A stretch of 64,000 nucleotides of DNA, from the NCBI GenBank assembly GCA_040880105.1, contig JBBDJA010000020.1, positions 1 through 64,000 of the forward strand. The letters run 5' to 3'. Positions 1-9,318 of this stretch are shown here, in pieces. Source of the stretch: Waddliaceae bacterium. Its GTDB lineage: Bacteria > Chlamydiota > Chlamydiia > Chlamydiales > SLOH01. The stretch's first letter is position 1; the number at the start of each line of letters is the position of its first letter. The notes beneath the pieces were generated by a model. The model had not been told where the DNA came from and did no database searches. It was given only the letters and a program-made list of their open reading frames with translations. The translations under genes and the position numbers were made by a program.

Positions 1-363
1 GTGAATATAAGCATAAGAGGGGTCTGCCGGCAAAAGGAGTGTCTCGATATTAAAAATTTCACGATTCATTTGCGCCATTTCCTGCTCTTTAATGAACTCG
101 TTTGGGTTTCTAACTCCACGGATCAACAGATCAAAATGATGCTCTTTAGCAAAATGGACGACGAGCCCTTCTATGAGGACAACTTCGTTTTTTATGAGGG
201 TTTGAAGAAGCTCTTTTGATTTTTTTGGCGTAAGCTCAGGGGGAGACTTTCTTTGATTACTTGCAATGCCAACGGTTAAGCTGCAAAAGCGTCCCGCTCT
301 TTCAATAATATTAAGATGTCCTTTGGTCGGCGGGTTAAAAGTGCCTGTAAAAAGAGCTTTCAT
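1..363 (-). CDS. coaD: Phosphopantetheine adenylyltransferase (3' end beyond window)
   Basis: Manual translation from ATG at 363: MKALFTGTFNPPTKGHLNIIERA...LIRGVRNPNEFIKEQEMAQMN (TxGH and IRG-R motifs). ATGA overlap with rsmD stop. Not in the ORF track because it runs off the window. Confidence 0.93.
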   Translation of the reverse strand, partial: MKALFTGTFNPPTKGHLNIIERAGRFCSLTVGIASNQRKSPPELTPKKSKELLQTLIKNEVVLIEGLVVHFAKEHHFDLLIRGVRNPNEFIKEQEMAQMNREIFNIETLLLPADPSYAYIH

Positions 364-920
364 TGTCTCTCCATTTTATAATGTAAAAGAAAGGTGCTGC
401 CGCATTTGCGCCTTGAAGAGAGTGTTAGGTTTGTAAATGGGGTGTTCGGATCAAAATCGCCGCCTTCTTCTAAAAAAAGAGAGCCGTGGTTAATAAGAAG
501 ATCCGTTTGGTCAATTTCCTTCATGATCTCACAAACAAGCGTCGTTTCATTGTAGGGAGGATCAAGAAAAATGAGGTCGAATGCCGCTTTTCTAGTATTT
601 AGTTGCTCAATAATTTTTTTCGCGTCCCCTAAAAGGACTTGAGCTTGTGTGCCCAGTTCAAGATGGTTGATATTTTTCTCAATGACTTGAAGACTGGTTC
701 TACTTTTATCCGAAAAGACGCAAAAGCTTGCCCCTCGGCTAATGGCTTCGATTCCCATTGCCCCGGAGCCTGCAAAGAGGTCGAGAAAGCGCGCGCCTTC
801 AATCTCCTGTTGGCAAATATTGAAGAGGGTCTCTCTTAAGCGTGAGGAGGTGGGTCGGACTGCTGTTCCTTTTGGGGATGTAAGAGGGCGGTTTTTAAAC
901 TTTCCACCAATGATGCGCAT
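360..920 (-). CDS. rsmD: 16S rRNA m2G966 methyltransferase
   Basis: MRIIGG, RPTSSRLRETLFN, LDLFAGSGAMGIEAISRGA, FLDPPY motifs. Confidence 0.95.
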   Translation of the reverse strand: MRIIGGKFKNRPLTSPKGTAVRPTSSRLRETLFNICQQEIEGARFLDLFAGSGAMGIEAISRGASFCVFSDKSRTSLQVIEKNINHLELGTQAQVLLGDAKKIIEQLNTRKAAFDLIFLDPPYNETTLVCEIMKEIDQTDLLINHGSLFLEEGGDFDPNTPFTNLTLSSRRKCGSTFLLHYKMERQ

Positions 921-997
921 AGGATCCGTTTTATTGATAAGATGTTGTCATCATAATCGTTTACCGGTGATTTCAGCAACTTTAGAATCAGAAATCT

Positions 998-1834
998 TCA
1001 ATCTGAATTTTGGACAATCCAAAACTCTTTCTCAATGAATGTAGAGTTTGTCGAGACTTTGGCGATAAATTTTCCATAAGGCCAGCCGTTGACAGGGGGG
1101 GAAAAGGCAAACGTAATTGTGGCATCGCCATTTTTTGGCAAGACTGTGCTAATTCTTGGGGTTGTAAACCCGGTTTTATGATGAGAGAGTTGAAGGTTGA
1201 TGTCTGTTCCTGCTATTCCCTCGAGCACTTGGATAGAAAAAAATAGCTTTGCGTCCGGGTTGAAATTCTGTTTAGGATCTATAACTTCCCCTTTCCCGTC
1301 AATTTCACTTCCTATGATCAGTTGGTTGAAGATAATTTCTGGTTTAATTTGAGGATTTGTTTCTGCATCATTGTAAGAAATTTCAGTGTCGGAGGAGTGG
1401 TCCGGAAGGATGTGCATGCTGATGATTCTCCACTCCCCGTCTTCGTCAATTAGCGAATATTCCAGCAGTTGTGTGTGTGAATTTTCGTGTTCTAGCGCTG
1501 CAGTAATGATTTGGCGTTCGGCCTTTTGTTTGGGTTCTGAAAGGGTGACGGAATCAAAACGGAAGATTTTGGGATGAGAGAGAATAAAGCGTAAATATTT
1601 TTCAAGAGGCGTGGTTTGCTGAAAGGGTGCGGAGGTGTAGTTTTCGTATGAGTCAATGAGCTTGTTTTCTTGAATGTCACGTAGATGGTCGGTGAGAATA
1701 TTTGTGACGTTGCTTAAGGGTTTGACGTGGATCTGCTTGGTTTTAGAGAAAAAAAATGCATTGCTTCCCATTAGAGCGATGACAACTGTAATCGATAAAA
1801 TTAAAATCCAACGTTTTTTCATTTGGTTACTCAT
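998..1834 (-). CDS. Membrane-anchored hypothetical protein (possible NTF2/DUF4864-like domain plus beta-rich C-terminal domain)
   Basis: N-terminal hydrophobic helix; YSLIDEDGEWRI resembles the end of NTF2-like folds. Confidence 0.6.
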   Translation of the reverse strand: MSNQMKKRWILILSITVVIALMGSNAFFFSKTKQIHVKPLSNVTNILTDHLRDIQENKLIDSYENYTSAPFQQTTPLEKYLRFILSHPKIFRFDSVTLSEPKQKAERQIITAALEHENSHTQLLEYSLIDEDGEWRIISMHILPDHSSDTEISYNDAETNPQIKPEIIFNQLIIGSEIDGKGEVIDPKQNFNPDAKLFFSIQVLEGIAGTDINLQLSHHKTGFTTPRISTVLPKNGDATITFAFSPPVNGWPYGKFIAKVSTNSTFIEKEFWIVQNSD

Positions 1835-1883
1835 TTATTATTATCATTAACGTATTGGTAATAAAAAAGAAACCCCTCGATTT

Positions 1884-2936
1884 TTATTCAGAGTTTTCTA
1901 TAGTACCATAATAATCAAGAAGGATATCGGCTCTTTTGTAATTTGAGCGTTTGAGTTTTTCATAGATTGAAAGCCCCTTGGATGTCTGTCCTTGCTGAAA
2001 GTAGAGAACCCCGAGCTTAAAGAGTGTGTCTTTATCCCAAGGACAGAGTTGAATGATCGTTTCGTACTCTCGGATTTCTTCTTTCGGCATATGAAGGTCG
2101 TGATAGCTATACGCAAGTTGGGCGTGGATCCATGGGTCATCGGGAGCAAAATCATTGAGGACTTTGAATTCTTCAATCGCTCGCTTTGCTGTGTCTTTAA
2201 ACTTAATTTCGTATTTCTCTTTTTGGCTACTGGGGATCCAACTTCCCTCTTCATGGGCAGGAGACCACACATATAGCCCCGAGAGGATCACATAGGCGTT
2301 GGCAAGAGCGGCATGCGCCTCTAAACTTGTCGGCTCACATTTAACTAGTTTGATGTGCTCATTGACAGCTTCTTCCAAAAGGCGTTCTTTGAGTGCATGC
2401 ACGTCATTAAAATGCCACCATCGACTCCAATCTTGAAGTTTAATTGAAAGAGAGGGAAACATTCGCGCGAGGAGCGGGGGTCGATATTTTTTTACTTTAA
2501 GAACAGAGGAGAATTTATTGCAGGCATTGGCTACTGCGATGTGGTGTTGGGGTACATCTTCCCGATAGGCAAGTAACTGCTTGCACGAACGGAGAAATTT
2601 ACCTTGAATTTTCTTTAATTCCTCAGGTCGCTTATTGAGGTAATAGAGTCTCAGTGTGAAAAAGGAGAAAAGGGTAAAGAGCATGAGTCCAAGAAGGCCG
2701 GCAAGTAGAAAAGATTCCGCGAGGGAGCGAAAAAAGATAGCAAAAAGGGCAACTTCAAGTGATCCAAGAAGGAAAAAAAGCAAATGAAAGGTCGTCCAAG
2801 ACCGCATTAACTGCTCAAATTCGCCTAATAGAGTGTCAATCACGCGATCAAGTTGCTTAAAAAAGAAGGTATGATCAATCCGAAGAAAACCTTCTCTGCC
2901 CCGTCTTTTTTTATGCGTTTGTTCTTTAACTGTCAT
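1884..2936 (-). CDS. Membrane protein with C-terminal TPR repeats
   Basis: Two N-terminal TM helices; AHAALANAY, IHAQLAYSY, TLFKLGVLYFQQG TPR-like units. Confidence 0.75.
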   Translation of the reverse strand: MTVKEQTHKKRRGREGFLRIDHTFFFKQLDRVIDTLLGEFEQLMRSWTTFHLLFFLLGSLEVALFAIFFRSLAESFLLAGLLGLMLFTLFSFFTLRLYYLNKRPEELKKIQGKFLRSCKQLLAYREDVPQHHIAVANACNKFSSVLKVKKYRPPLLARMFPSLSIKLQDWSRWWHFNDVHALKERLLEEAVNEHIKLVKCEPTSLEAHAALANAYVILSGLYVWSPAHEEGSWIPSSQKEKYEIKFKDTAKRAIEEFKVLNDFAPDDPWIHAQLAYSYHDLHMPKEEIREYETIIQLCPWDKDTLFKLGVLYFQQGQTSKGLSIYEKLKRSNYKRADILLDYYGTIENSE

Positions 2937-2971
2937 TGCATACGGATCATAGGGCTTTATATGAAATTACA

Positions 2972-3895
2972 TCAAGTTTCAAGGACCTGTTGTCTGGAAA
3001 TAAATCCTTCGCGCAGCTCTTCTTGATAGAAAACGGAAAGACCGGCAAAGACTCCGATAAAGGAGAGGTAAAAGGGAAGCCCTACCTGTTCGTTTAAGAA
3101 CCACCAGCCAAAAAGAGCTGAGAATAGAGGGGTAATAAATCCAGCAAATGAGAAAAATGTCGCAGTATAGCGCTTCAGTAAATAACCCGAGAGATTATAG
3201 CAGATAAAACTCGAGACAATGATCATAAAGAACGTGCATTCAAGGAAAGGTTGCCAAGAGGTAACGGGTACGGGCTGCCAATTTTCAACAAAATATGAGT
3301 GTGTAAGAGAGATGATTCCTCCGACAAACATGCTGAATCCGTTAGCAAGAAATGTTGACATCTCGCCTTTACTTACCAGTTTACGCAAAAGAATCCAGCC
3401 GTAAACTGCGCAAAAGGCGCCGCCCATGACAGAAAGTTCTGCCCATGAAATAAAAAAGAGCTCACCGACTGTCTCTTCGGGTCCGCCTTTTTGTAGAAGG
3501 ATCGGCAAAAATCCAAGGCAACCGATGACAAGTCCAATGATTTTTTTCCTGGAAAGAGTTTCGCTAAAGGTAAAATAGGAGAGAATCGCTGAGGCAAAGG
3601 GACTTAAACCGTAAATAAAACAGGTTTTAAAGGAAGTAAGGTACTGAAGCCCCCAAAATTCTAAGACATTTGCAAGGTAAATGTTAAAAATCGCAAGCAA
3701 AGCAAGTGGAAGTAAATGTTTTCTAATTTGCTTGAATATGCTTCTGTCTACAAAATACTGATAGCTCAAAAGCATAACACCCGCTATGACCATGCGGAAT
3801 CCAACAAAGAAAAGCGGTTGAGTATACTCAAGACCTGTCTTGGCGACAGTAAATATACTTGCAAAAAGAGCGTAAAGGACAACAATCCAAATCAT
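2972..3895 (-). CDS. DMT/EamA family transporter (resembles the chlamydial SAM/SAH transporter type)
   Basis: About 10 TM helices, duplicated EamA pattern (PLFFVGFRMVIAG; PLFSALFGWWFLNE). Substrate is inferred. Confidence 0.85.
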   Translation of the reverse strand: MIWIVVLYALFASIFTVAKTGLEYTQPLFFVGFRMVIAGVMLLSYQYFVDRSIFKQIRKHLLPLALLAIFNIYLANVLEFWGLQYLTSFKTCFIYGLSPFASAILSYFTFSETLSRKKIIGLVIGCLGFLPILLQKGGPEETVGELFFISWAELSVMGGAFCAVYGWILLRKLVSKGEMSTFLANGFSMFVGGIISLTHSYFVENWQPVPVTSWQPFLECTFFMIIVSSFICYNLSGYLLKRYTATFFSFAGFITPLFSALFGWWFLNEQVGLPFYLSFIGVFAGLSVFYQEELREGFISRQQVLET

Positions 3896-3990
3896 TTTAA
3901 CTTCCGTAATAAAGAGAGATAAATAATAACATATCTTAAGTTTTTTTTCACTGAAAGAAGAGAGAAGGGGTCGATTTTTTAGAGAAATGA

Positions 3991-4962
3991 TTAATAATCA
4001 AATCTAGAAGCTGCGCGCATCACTTGACGGTAATATGAATTTGCCTTGGAAATAGTTAAAGGGGCAGGAAATGGTTGATAGGCTTTAAGATCTCGATCGC
4101 TCCGATCTTTTGGTGAAAGGATGAGCCCCGGAACTCCAAATCCGTGTACTTGCAAGAATCCTGCGCCAATCTGCCTTACCATGAGTTCACCTTCTTTCAT
4201 CCGACGATGCTGTCTGCCGATAAAAGAGGGGATCGGAGGCGTTCGCTCTCTTTCTTGCGTGTAATTTTTCTCTACATATTTCACGACCGAATCGGGATCG
4301 AGATTAAAAATTTTGGGAAGATCTTTAGTCACTTCGCTAAAAAGGGTGTAACTCTCATCCATCACCTCTCTGTAGGCCGGGTGGTTTAAAAGTTCGGGGG
4401 CGCGATGCCTAATATTGAAAATGGAGCGGGTAAACGCATCTCTTGGGTTTTTGAATATATCAACAGTTTTCCATATGACAACACTTAACATGAAGCATTC
4501 AATGAGCAGCTGCCAAGCGGCAAGGGCTGTTTGTGAGATTTTATTTACCAGTACTGCCGTTTTGTACTGGAGGGTTCCCTCGTATGAAGGCATGAGCCCC
4601 CCATCTACGGGGAATAGGTGACCATTCCAAGCAAGAGAGAGTCGATGTGTGGCCCTTCGAATTTTAATGATTTGTATATAAGTTTCGATCAAGTTGAGAG
4701 AGATTTCAACAATAATAGAGGCAATTTTTCCAATATTTCCAATCAATGAACCCGCGGTAAGCTCTTGAATGACGAAACCTCCGAGTAGGGCTCCCCAGTG
4801 TTCCTGTTTGCTGATGAGTTGAAAAAACCACGCCTTGCGAAAAACAGTGTGAGCGACGCCTGTAATAGAGATCAATGTTAAAACGGCAGGAGATACTGTC
4901 CTTAAATCGTTTCTAAGAAATGACCAGACAGCATGCTGTGGGGCTGAGCAATTAATATTCAT
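3991..4962 (-). CDS. Hypothetical protein with hydrophobic segments
   Basis: 323-aa ORF filling the gap; no recognised motif. Confidence 0.65.
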   Translation of the reverse strand: MNINCSAPQHAVWSFLRNDLRTVSPAVLTLISITGVAHTVFRKAWFFQLISKQEHWGALLGGFVIQELTAGSLIGNIGKIASIIVEISLNLIETYIQIIKIRRATHRLSLAWNGHLFPVDGGLMPSYEGTLQYKTAVLVNKISQTALAAWQLLIECFMLSVVIWKTVDIFKNPRDAFTRSIFNIRHRAPELLNHPAYREVMDESYTLFSEVTKDLPKIFNLDPDSVVKYVEKNYTQERERTPPIPSFIGRQHRRMKEGELMVRQIGAGFLQVHGFGVPGLILSPKDRSDRDLKAYQPFPAPLTISKANSYYRQVMRAASRFDY

Positions 4963-5079
4963 GAGTGGAAATCTTAAATTTTAATGTAATAGCATACAAG
5001 TAAAGTTTCATTATCTTTTTCACTTGCTTGATTTTAACATCGCCATTTACCATGCTGTGTTGAAAAAAAGAGGAATAGA

Positions 5080-7086
5080 ATGGCTAAGAAGGTACAACCC
5101 TTGGATCAAGATTTAAAAAAGAGATTGGAAGAAATAGCCAATACAATCAGGGGTCTTTCAATTGACGCTGTTGAGAAGGCCAACTCCGGCCATCCGGGAA
5201 TGCCTTTGGGATGTGCGGAGATCGCTGCCTATCTATATGGATACGCTAAAAAACATAACCCGAAGCAGCCGTCTTGGCTCAATCGCGATCGTTTTATCCT
5301 CTCGGGAGGTCACGGTTCTATGCTTCTCTATTCCTCTTTACATCTAGCAGGTTTTAATCTCGATCTTGAGCAGCTCAAGCAGTTTCGTCAGCTCCATTCT
5401 CAAACCCCGGGACATCCTGAAAGACAAGAGACCGATGGGGTGGAGACAACAACCGGCCCGCTTGGACAAGGAACAGGCAATGCAGTGGGGAAGGCACTTG
5501 GACTTAAAATGCTTTCCGCTCGATTAAATACTGATGATTATAAAATTATCGACTGCAAAGTGTTTGCTCTGATGACCGATGGCTGTATGATGGAGGGAGC
5601 TACCTCGGAAGTATCGGCGATTGCCGGGCACTTAAAGCTCGATAACCTTATTGTTATATACGATTCCAATCAAATCACATTAGATGGCTCTCTTGATCAG
5701 TCGAGTTCTGAAGATACGAAAAAACGGTATGAGGCGTATGGTTGGGACGTTTTGGAAATTAATGGCAATGACCTTGAAGAGATCCACGAGGCTATTTCCA
5801 GCGTCAGAGCGGCACAGACAAAACCTGTTTTGATTATCGCAAAAACAGTGATTGGTAAAGGGTCTCCAAATAAAGCGGGAACGCATAAAGTGCATGGCTC
5901 ACCCCTTGGACCTGAAGAAGCAAAAGCAACAAAAGAGGCTTTGGGAATCCCACTAGAGCCCTTTTATGTTCCTCAGTCTGTCAGAGAGTATTTTATTGAA
6001 AAGTTAAAAAAAGATGAGGAAGGCGAGCAAAAGTGGAATCAAAAGGTGGATGAATGGGCGAAGGCAGATCCCAAGCGTTACCAATTATTTAAGGACTTAA
6101 AAAACCACGCTCTACCGGATAACCTGGAGCAGACGCTTCGAGAGTTGGAGATCAAGTCTCCCATTTCAGGACGCAAAGCGTCTCACGCGGTGATACAGCA
6201 GCTTGCTAAACTTTTCCCCTACTTAATCGGAGGTTCTGCCGATCTTTCCGGTTCAGATATGACAATGATTGAGGGCAGCGAGCTGATCGCACCTGGGAAA
6301 TTTTCCGGGAGGAACATAAAATTCGGCGTGCGTGAGTTCGGCATGGCGACCATTGCAACCGGCCTTACCCAAGCGGGAATGTTTACCCCTTTTATTGGAA
6401 CTTTTTTAACATTTTCCGACTATATGCGAAACGCGATGCGCCTTTGCTCTCTTATGAAGGAGAAGGTGATTTACCACTTTACCCACGACTCGATTTTTTT
6501 AGGCGAAGACGGGCCGACTCATCAGCCGGTTGAGCATTATGCAGCACTAAGAGCGATGCCGAATCTACAATTCATTCGCCCGGCAGATGCAAACGAGGTG
6601 AAGATGGCATGGATTGCAGCTCTTAAATATCAAGGGCCGACGGCATTTAGCCTTTCTCGACAAGACTTGCCCACTCTTTCTGAAACAGATGTCTCTTACG
6701 CAGAAGGGATGGGAAGAGGCGCCTACATCATAAAAAAAGAAAAAGAGAGGCCCGATTTCACTCTGGTGGCAACCGGATCGGAGGTGTCACTTGCGCTGAA
6801 TGTCGCAAATGCGCTTGAAAAGCGCGGAAAAGATGTCCGAGTGATCTCTATGCCGTGTTGGGAGATTTTTGAAAAACAGGGAAATGAGTACAAAGATCAG
6901 GTTTTTGGCGGCGACCTCGGCCAGCGTGTCAGTATTGAAGCCGGAGTTGATCTCGGCTGGCATAAATATGTCGGAAGGGAAGGTATTACTATCTGTATGA
7001 ATGGGTTTGGAGCCTCAGCGCCTGCAAGCCGTTTAGCTGAGGAGTTCGGGTTTACTGTGGAGTCGATTCTTGAACGTTTGTTGTAA
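5080..7086 (+). CDS. tkt: Transketolase
   Basis: SGHPGMPLG, NRDRFILSGGH, FGVREFGM, GEDGPTHQP. Confidence 0.98.
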   Translation: MAKKVQPLDQDLKKRLEEIANTIRGLSIDAVEKANSGHPGMPLGCAEIAAYLYGYAKKHNPKQPSWLNRDRFILSGGHGSMLLYSSLHLAGFNLDLEQLKQFRQLHSQTPGHPERQETDGVETTTGPLGQGTGNAVGKALGLKMLSARLNTDDYKIIDCKVFALMTDGCMMEGATSEVSAIAGHLKLDNLIVIYDSNQITLDGSLDQSSSEDTKKRYEAYGWDVLEINGNDLEEIHEAISSVRAAQTKPVLIIAKTVIGKGSPNKAGTHKVHGSPLGPEEAKATKEALGIPLEPFYVPQSVREYFIEKLKKDEEGEQKWNQKVDEWAKADPKRYQLFKDLKNHALPDNLEQTLRELEIKSPISGRKASHAVIQQLAKLFPYLIGGSADLSGSDMTMIEGSELIAPGKFSGRNIKFGVREFGMATIATGLTQAGMFTPFIGTFLTFSDYMRNAMRLCSLMKEKVIYHFTHDSIFLGEDGPTHQPVEHYAALRAMPNLQFIRPADANEVKMAWIAALKYQGPTAFSLSRQDLPTLSETDVSYAEGMGRGAYIIKKEKERPDFTLVATGSEVSLALNVANALEKRGKDVRVISMPCWEIFEKQGNEYKDQVFGGDLGQRVSIEAGVDLGWHKYVGREGITICMNGFGASAPASRLAEEFGFTVESILERLL

Positions 7087-8083
7087 TCTTACCAACCGAA
7101 AAATCCTTGATGCCCTCGCTCAAAAAAATGAGGGAACCCCGCCGGTTTGGATCATGCGTCAAGCCGGCCGCTACTTGCCTGAGTACAGAAAAATCAGAGA
7201 GAAGTACTCATTTATTGAAATGTCGCACACACCGGAGCTTGCCGCTGAGGTTACTCTGCTTCCTTTCAAGCGGTTTTCATTCGATGCGGCGATCTTATTT
7301 TCCGATATTCTCGTTATCTTTGAGGCGCTTGGAAAAGAGATTATCTTTGAAGATGGAAAAGGGCCAAGGGTTGATACACCTGTCAAAAACGCAGCTGATG
7401 TCGCCTCTCTAAAAATTAAGGAGATAAAAAGCACTCTTCATTATCAAGCCGAGACGATACGTCTGCTCACCCCGGAATTAAAGGTGCCGCTTCTTGGATT
7501 TGCCGGCGCGCCTTTCACGCTTGCAAGTTATCTGATCGGAGATTTAACCCTCACCAAGCAGTGGATGCTTAATGATCCTAAAAGCTTTGATGCGCTTCTT
7601 GATCTGCTTTGTGATCTAGTTATCGACACCCTTCAATTGCAAATTGATGCCGGAGTCAAGGCTGTGCAAATCTTTGACTCATGGGCACATGTTCTTGGAA
7701 GTCGTCAACTGCAAAAATATTCGTTTAACTATTTGAAAAAGATTGTCGATGCGCTTTCGGTGCCTACGCTAATTTTTGCAAAGGGCTCAAGCGCATTTGT
7801 CGAACCCCTTTCACTCGTGGGCTCTTCAGGAATCAGCGTGGATTGGCCAGTGTCTCTTCCCACAGTCAGAAAACGGGTGGGAAATGCGATCACTCTTCAA
7901 GGAAATCTTGATCCCGATATTCTTTTTTCCTCTCCTGAAGTTGTTCGACGTGAAACTAAAGCGATGATCAACGAGATGAAGGGCGATCCGGGATATATCG
8001 TCAATCTCGGTCATGGAATTAAGCCAAACACGCCTCTTGAATCTGTCCAAGCTTTTGTTGATACATGCCACGAGCACTCATAA
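7070..8083 (+). CDS. hemE: Uroporphyrinogen decarboxylase
   Basis: PVWIMRQAGRYLPEY, AAILFSDIL, NLGHGI. TTG start preceded by GGAG and overlapping the tkt end. Confidence 0.96.
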   Translation: MNVCCNLTNRKILDALAQKNEGTPPVWIMRQAGRYLPEYRKIREKYSFIEMSHTPELAAEVTLLPFKRFSFDAAILFSDILVIFEALGKEIIFEDGKGPRVDTPVKNAADVASLKIKEIKSTLHYQAETIRLLTPELKVPLLGFAGAPFTLASYLIGDLTLTKQWMLNDPKSFDALLDLLCDLVIDTLQLQIDAGVKAVQIFDSWAHVLGSRQLQKYSFNYLKKIVDALSVPTLIFAKGSSAFVEPLSLVGSSGISVDWPVSLPTVRKRVGNAITLQGNLDPDILFSSPEVVRRETKAMINEMKGDPGYIVNLGHGIKPNTPLESVQAFVDTCHEHS

Positions 8084-9282
8084 TTGGCGCCGGAATTACA
8101 GGGCTATCTGCTGCCTATTTTTTAAAAGAGCAGTGTGATGTTCTCCTGGTGGAAAAGAGCGGGAATACCGGCGGGTGGATTCAAACGCGTATCATTGACG
8201 GGTTTTTGTGCGAACAAGGGCCAAGAGGAATTCGGGGTGTCGGTCAAGGAGAAGAGACCTTAAGTCTTGTTCGCTCTTTAGGGCTTGAAGATCAGTTGAT
8301 AGTGGCAAGCCCCTTAGCAAAAAAGCGGATGATTTGGTCTGACGGAAAACTACAGGTTTTGTCGCCTCTCTTTTTTTTGAAAAACGGGCTGGTTGGCGAA
8401 CTTATTCTTGAGTTTTTTAGGCGTCGATCTCAAAAAGATGATGAGTCGATTGCTTCATTTTTTACACGCCGGTTCGGCATAAAAACAACAAGACTTCTTG
8501 CAGATGCTTTAACAACAGGAATTTACGCAGGTGACATCCACACGCTGTCAATGCGCTCTTGTTTTCCTAGGCTTTGGGAGATGGAGTCTTTGTTCAGAGG
8601 ATATCTCTTTTCAAAAAAAACGAGTGGATCCATTCCGTTATTTTCCTTTAAAGACGGAATGAAGGTCTTACCAAACGCTCTTGAAAAAAAGGTGCAAGAC
8701 CATCTGCTTTTAGGTACGGAGGTACTCTCTTACAAAGATAACAAAGCAAAACTCTCAAACGGAAAAGAGGTCCTCTACGATTATTTGATTGACACAACGC
8801 CACGGGAAGAGGTCTTAAAATCGTCAATTGCCCTTATCCACTTAGGCTTTGATGACTATGAACTTGAAACCCCAGGCTTTGGATATCTTATCCCAACAGG
8901 AGAAGATCCCCATCTACTTGGTGTTGTTTTTGACTCTTGTGTCTTTCCAACGCAAAATAGTAAAACAAAACTCACTGTAATGCTAGGAGGCGCTCGCTTC
9001 CCTGATGTTGTGAATACTCCAAGAGAACGGTTGATAGAGATTGCATTATCTGCTTTAAAGAGGCAGATGAATATTAAGGCAAAACCCGTTGTTATCGATT
9101 GCCACCTTTGCAAAAATGCAATCCCACAGTATTCCATTGGTCATCATCAATGGATTGAACAACTTAACGCAAAACATAAAAACCATTTCTACCTCGGTAG
9201 CTCCACAGAAGGGGTCGCTGTGAACAATCTCATCTCGCAGGCCGATCGACTTGCTAAAAAAATAGCTCTGGAACTACAGTAG
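8065..9282 (+). CDS. hemY: HemY-family proto/coproporphyrinogen oxidase
   Basis: IIGAGITGLSAA FAD motif, GIYAGD, GFGYLIP, AIPQY; adjacent to hemE. Confidence 0.9.
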   Translation: MPRALIIGAGITGLSAAYFLKEQCDVLLVEKSGNTGGWIQTRIIDGFLCEQGPRGIRGVGQGEETLSLVRSLGLEDQLIVASPLAKKRMIWSDGKLQVLSPLFFLKNGLVGELILEFFRRRSQKDDESIASFFTRRFGIKTTRLLADALTTGIYAGDIHTLSMRSCFPRLWEMESLFRGYLFSKKTSGSIPLFSFKDGMKVLPNALEKKVQDHLLLGTEVLSYKDNKAKLSNGKEVLYDYLIDTTPREEVLKSSIALIHLGFDDYELETPGFGYLIPTGEDPHLLGVVFDSCVFPTQNSKTKLTVMLGGARFPDVVNTPRERLIEIALSALKRQMNIKAKPVVIDCHLCKNAIPQYSIGHHQWIEQLNAKHKNHFYLGSSTEGVAVNNLISQADRLAKKIALELQ

Positions 9283-9318
9283 GGAATACATACATAAATC
9301 CTTGAATCAGAGTAAAAA

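Noticed and set aside
1..219. 72-aa plus-strand ORF
   Set aside because: Antisense shadow of coaD
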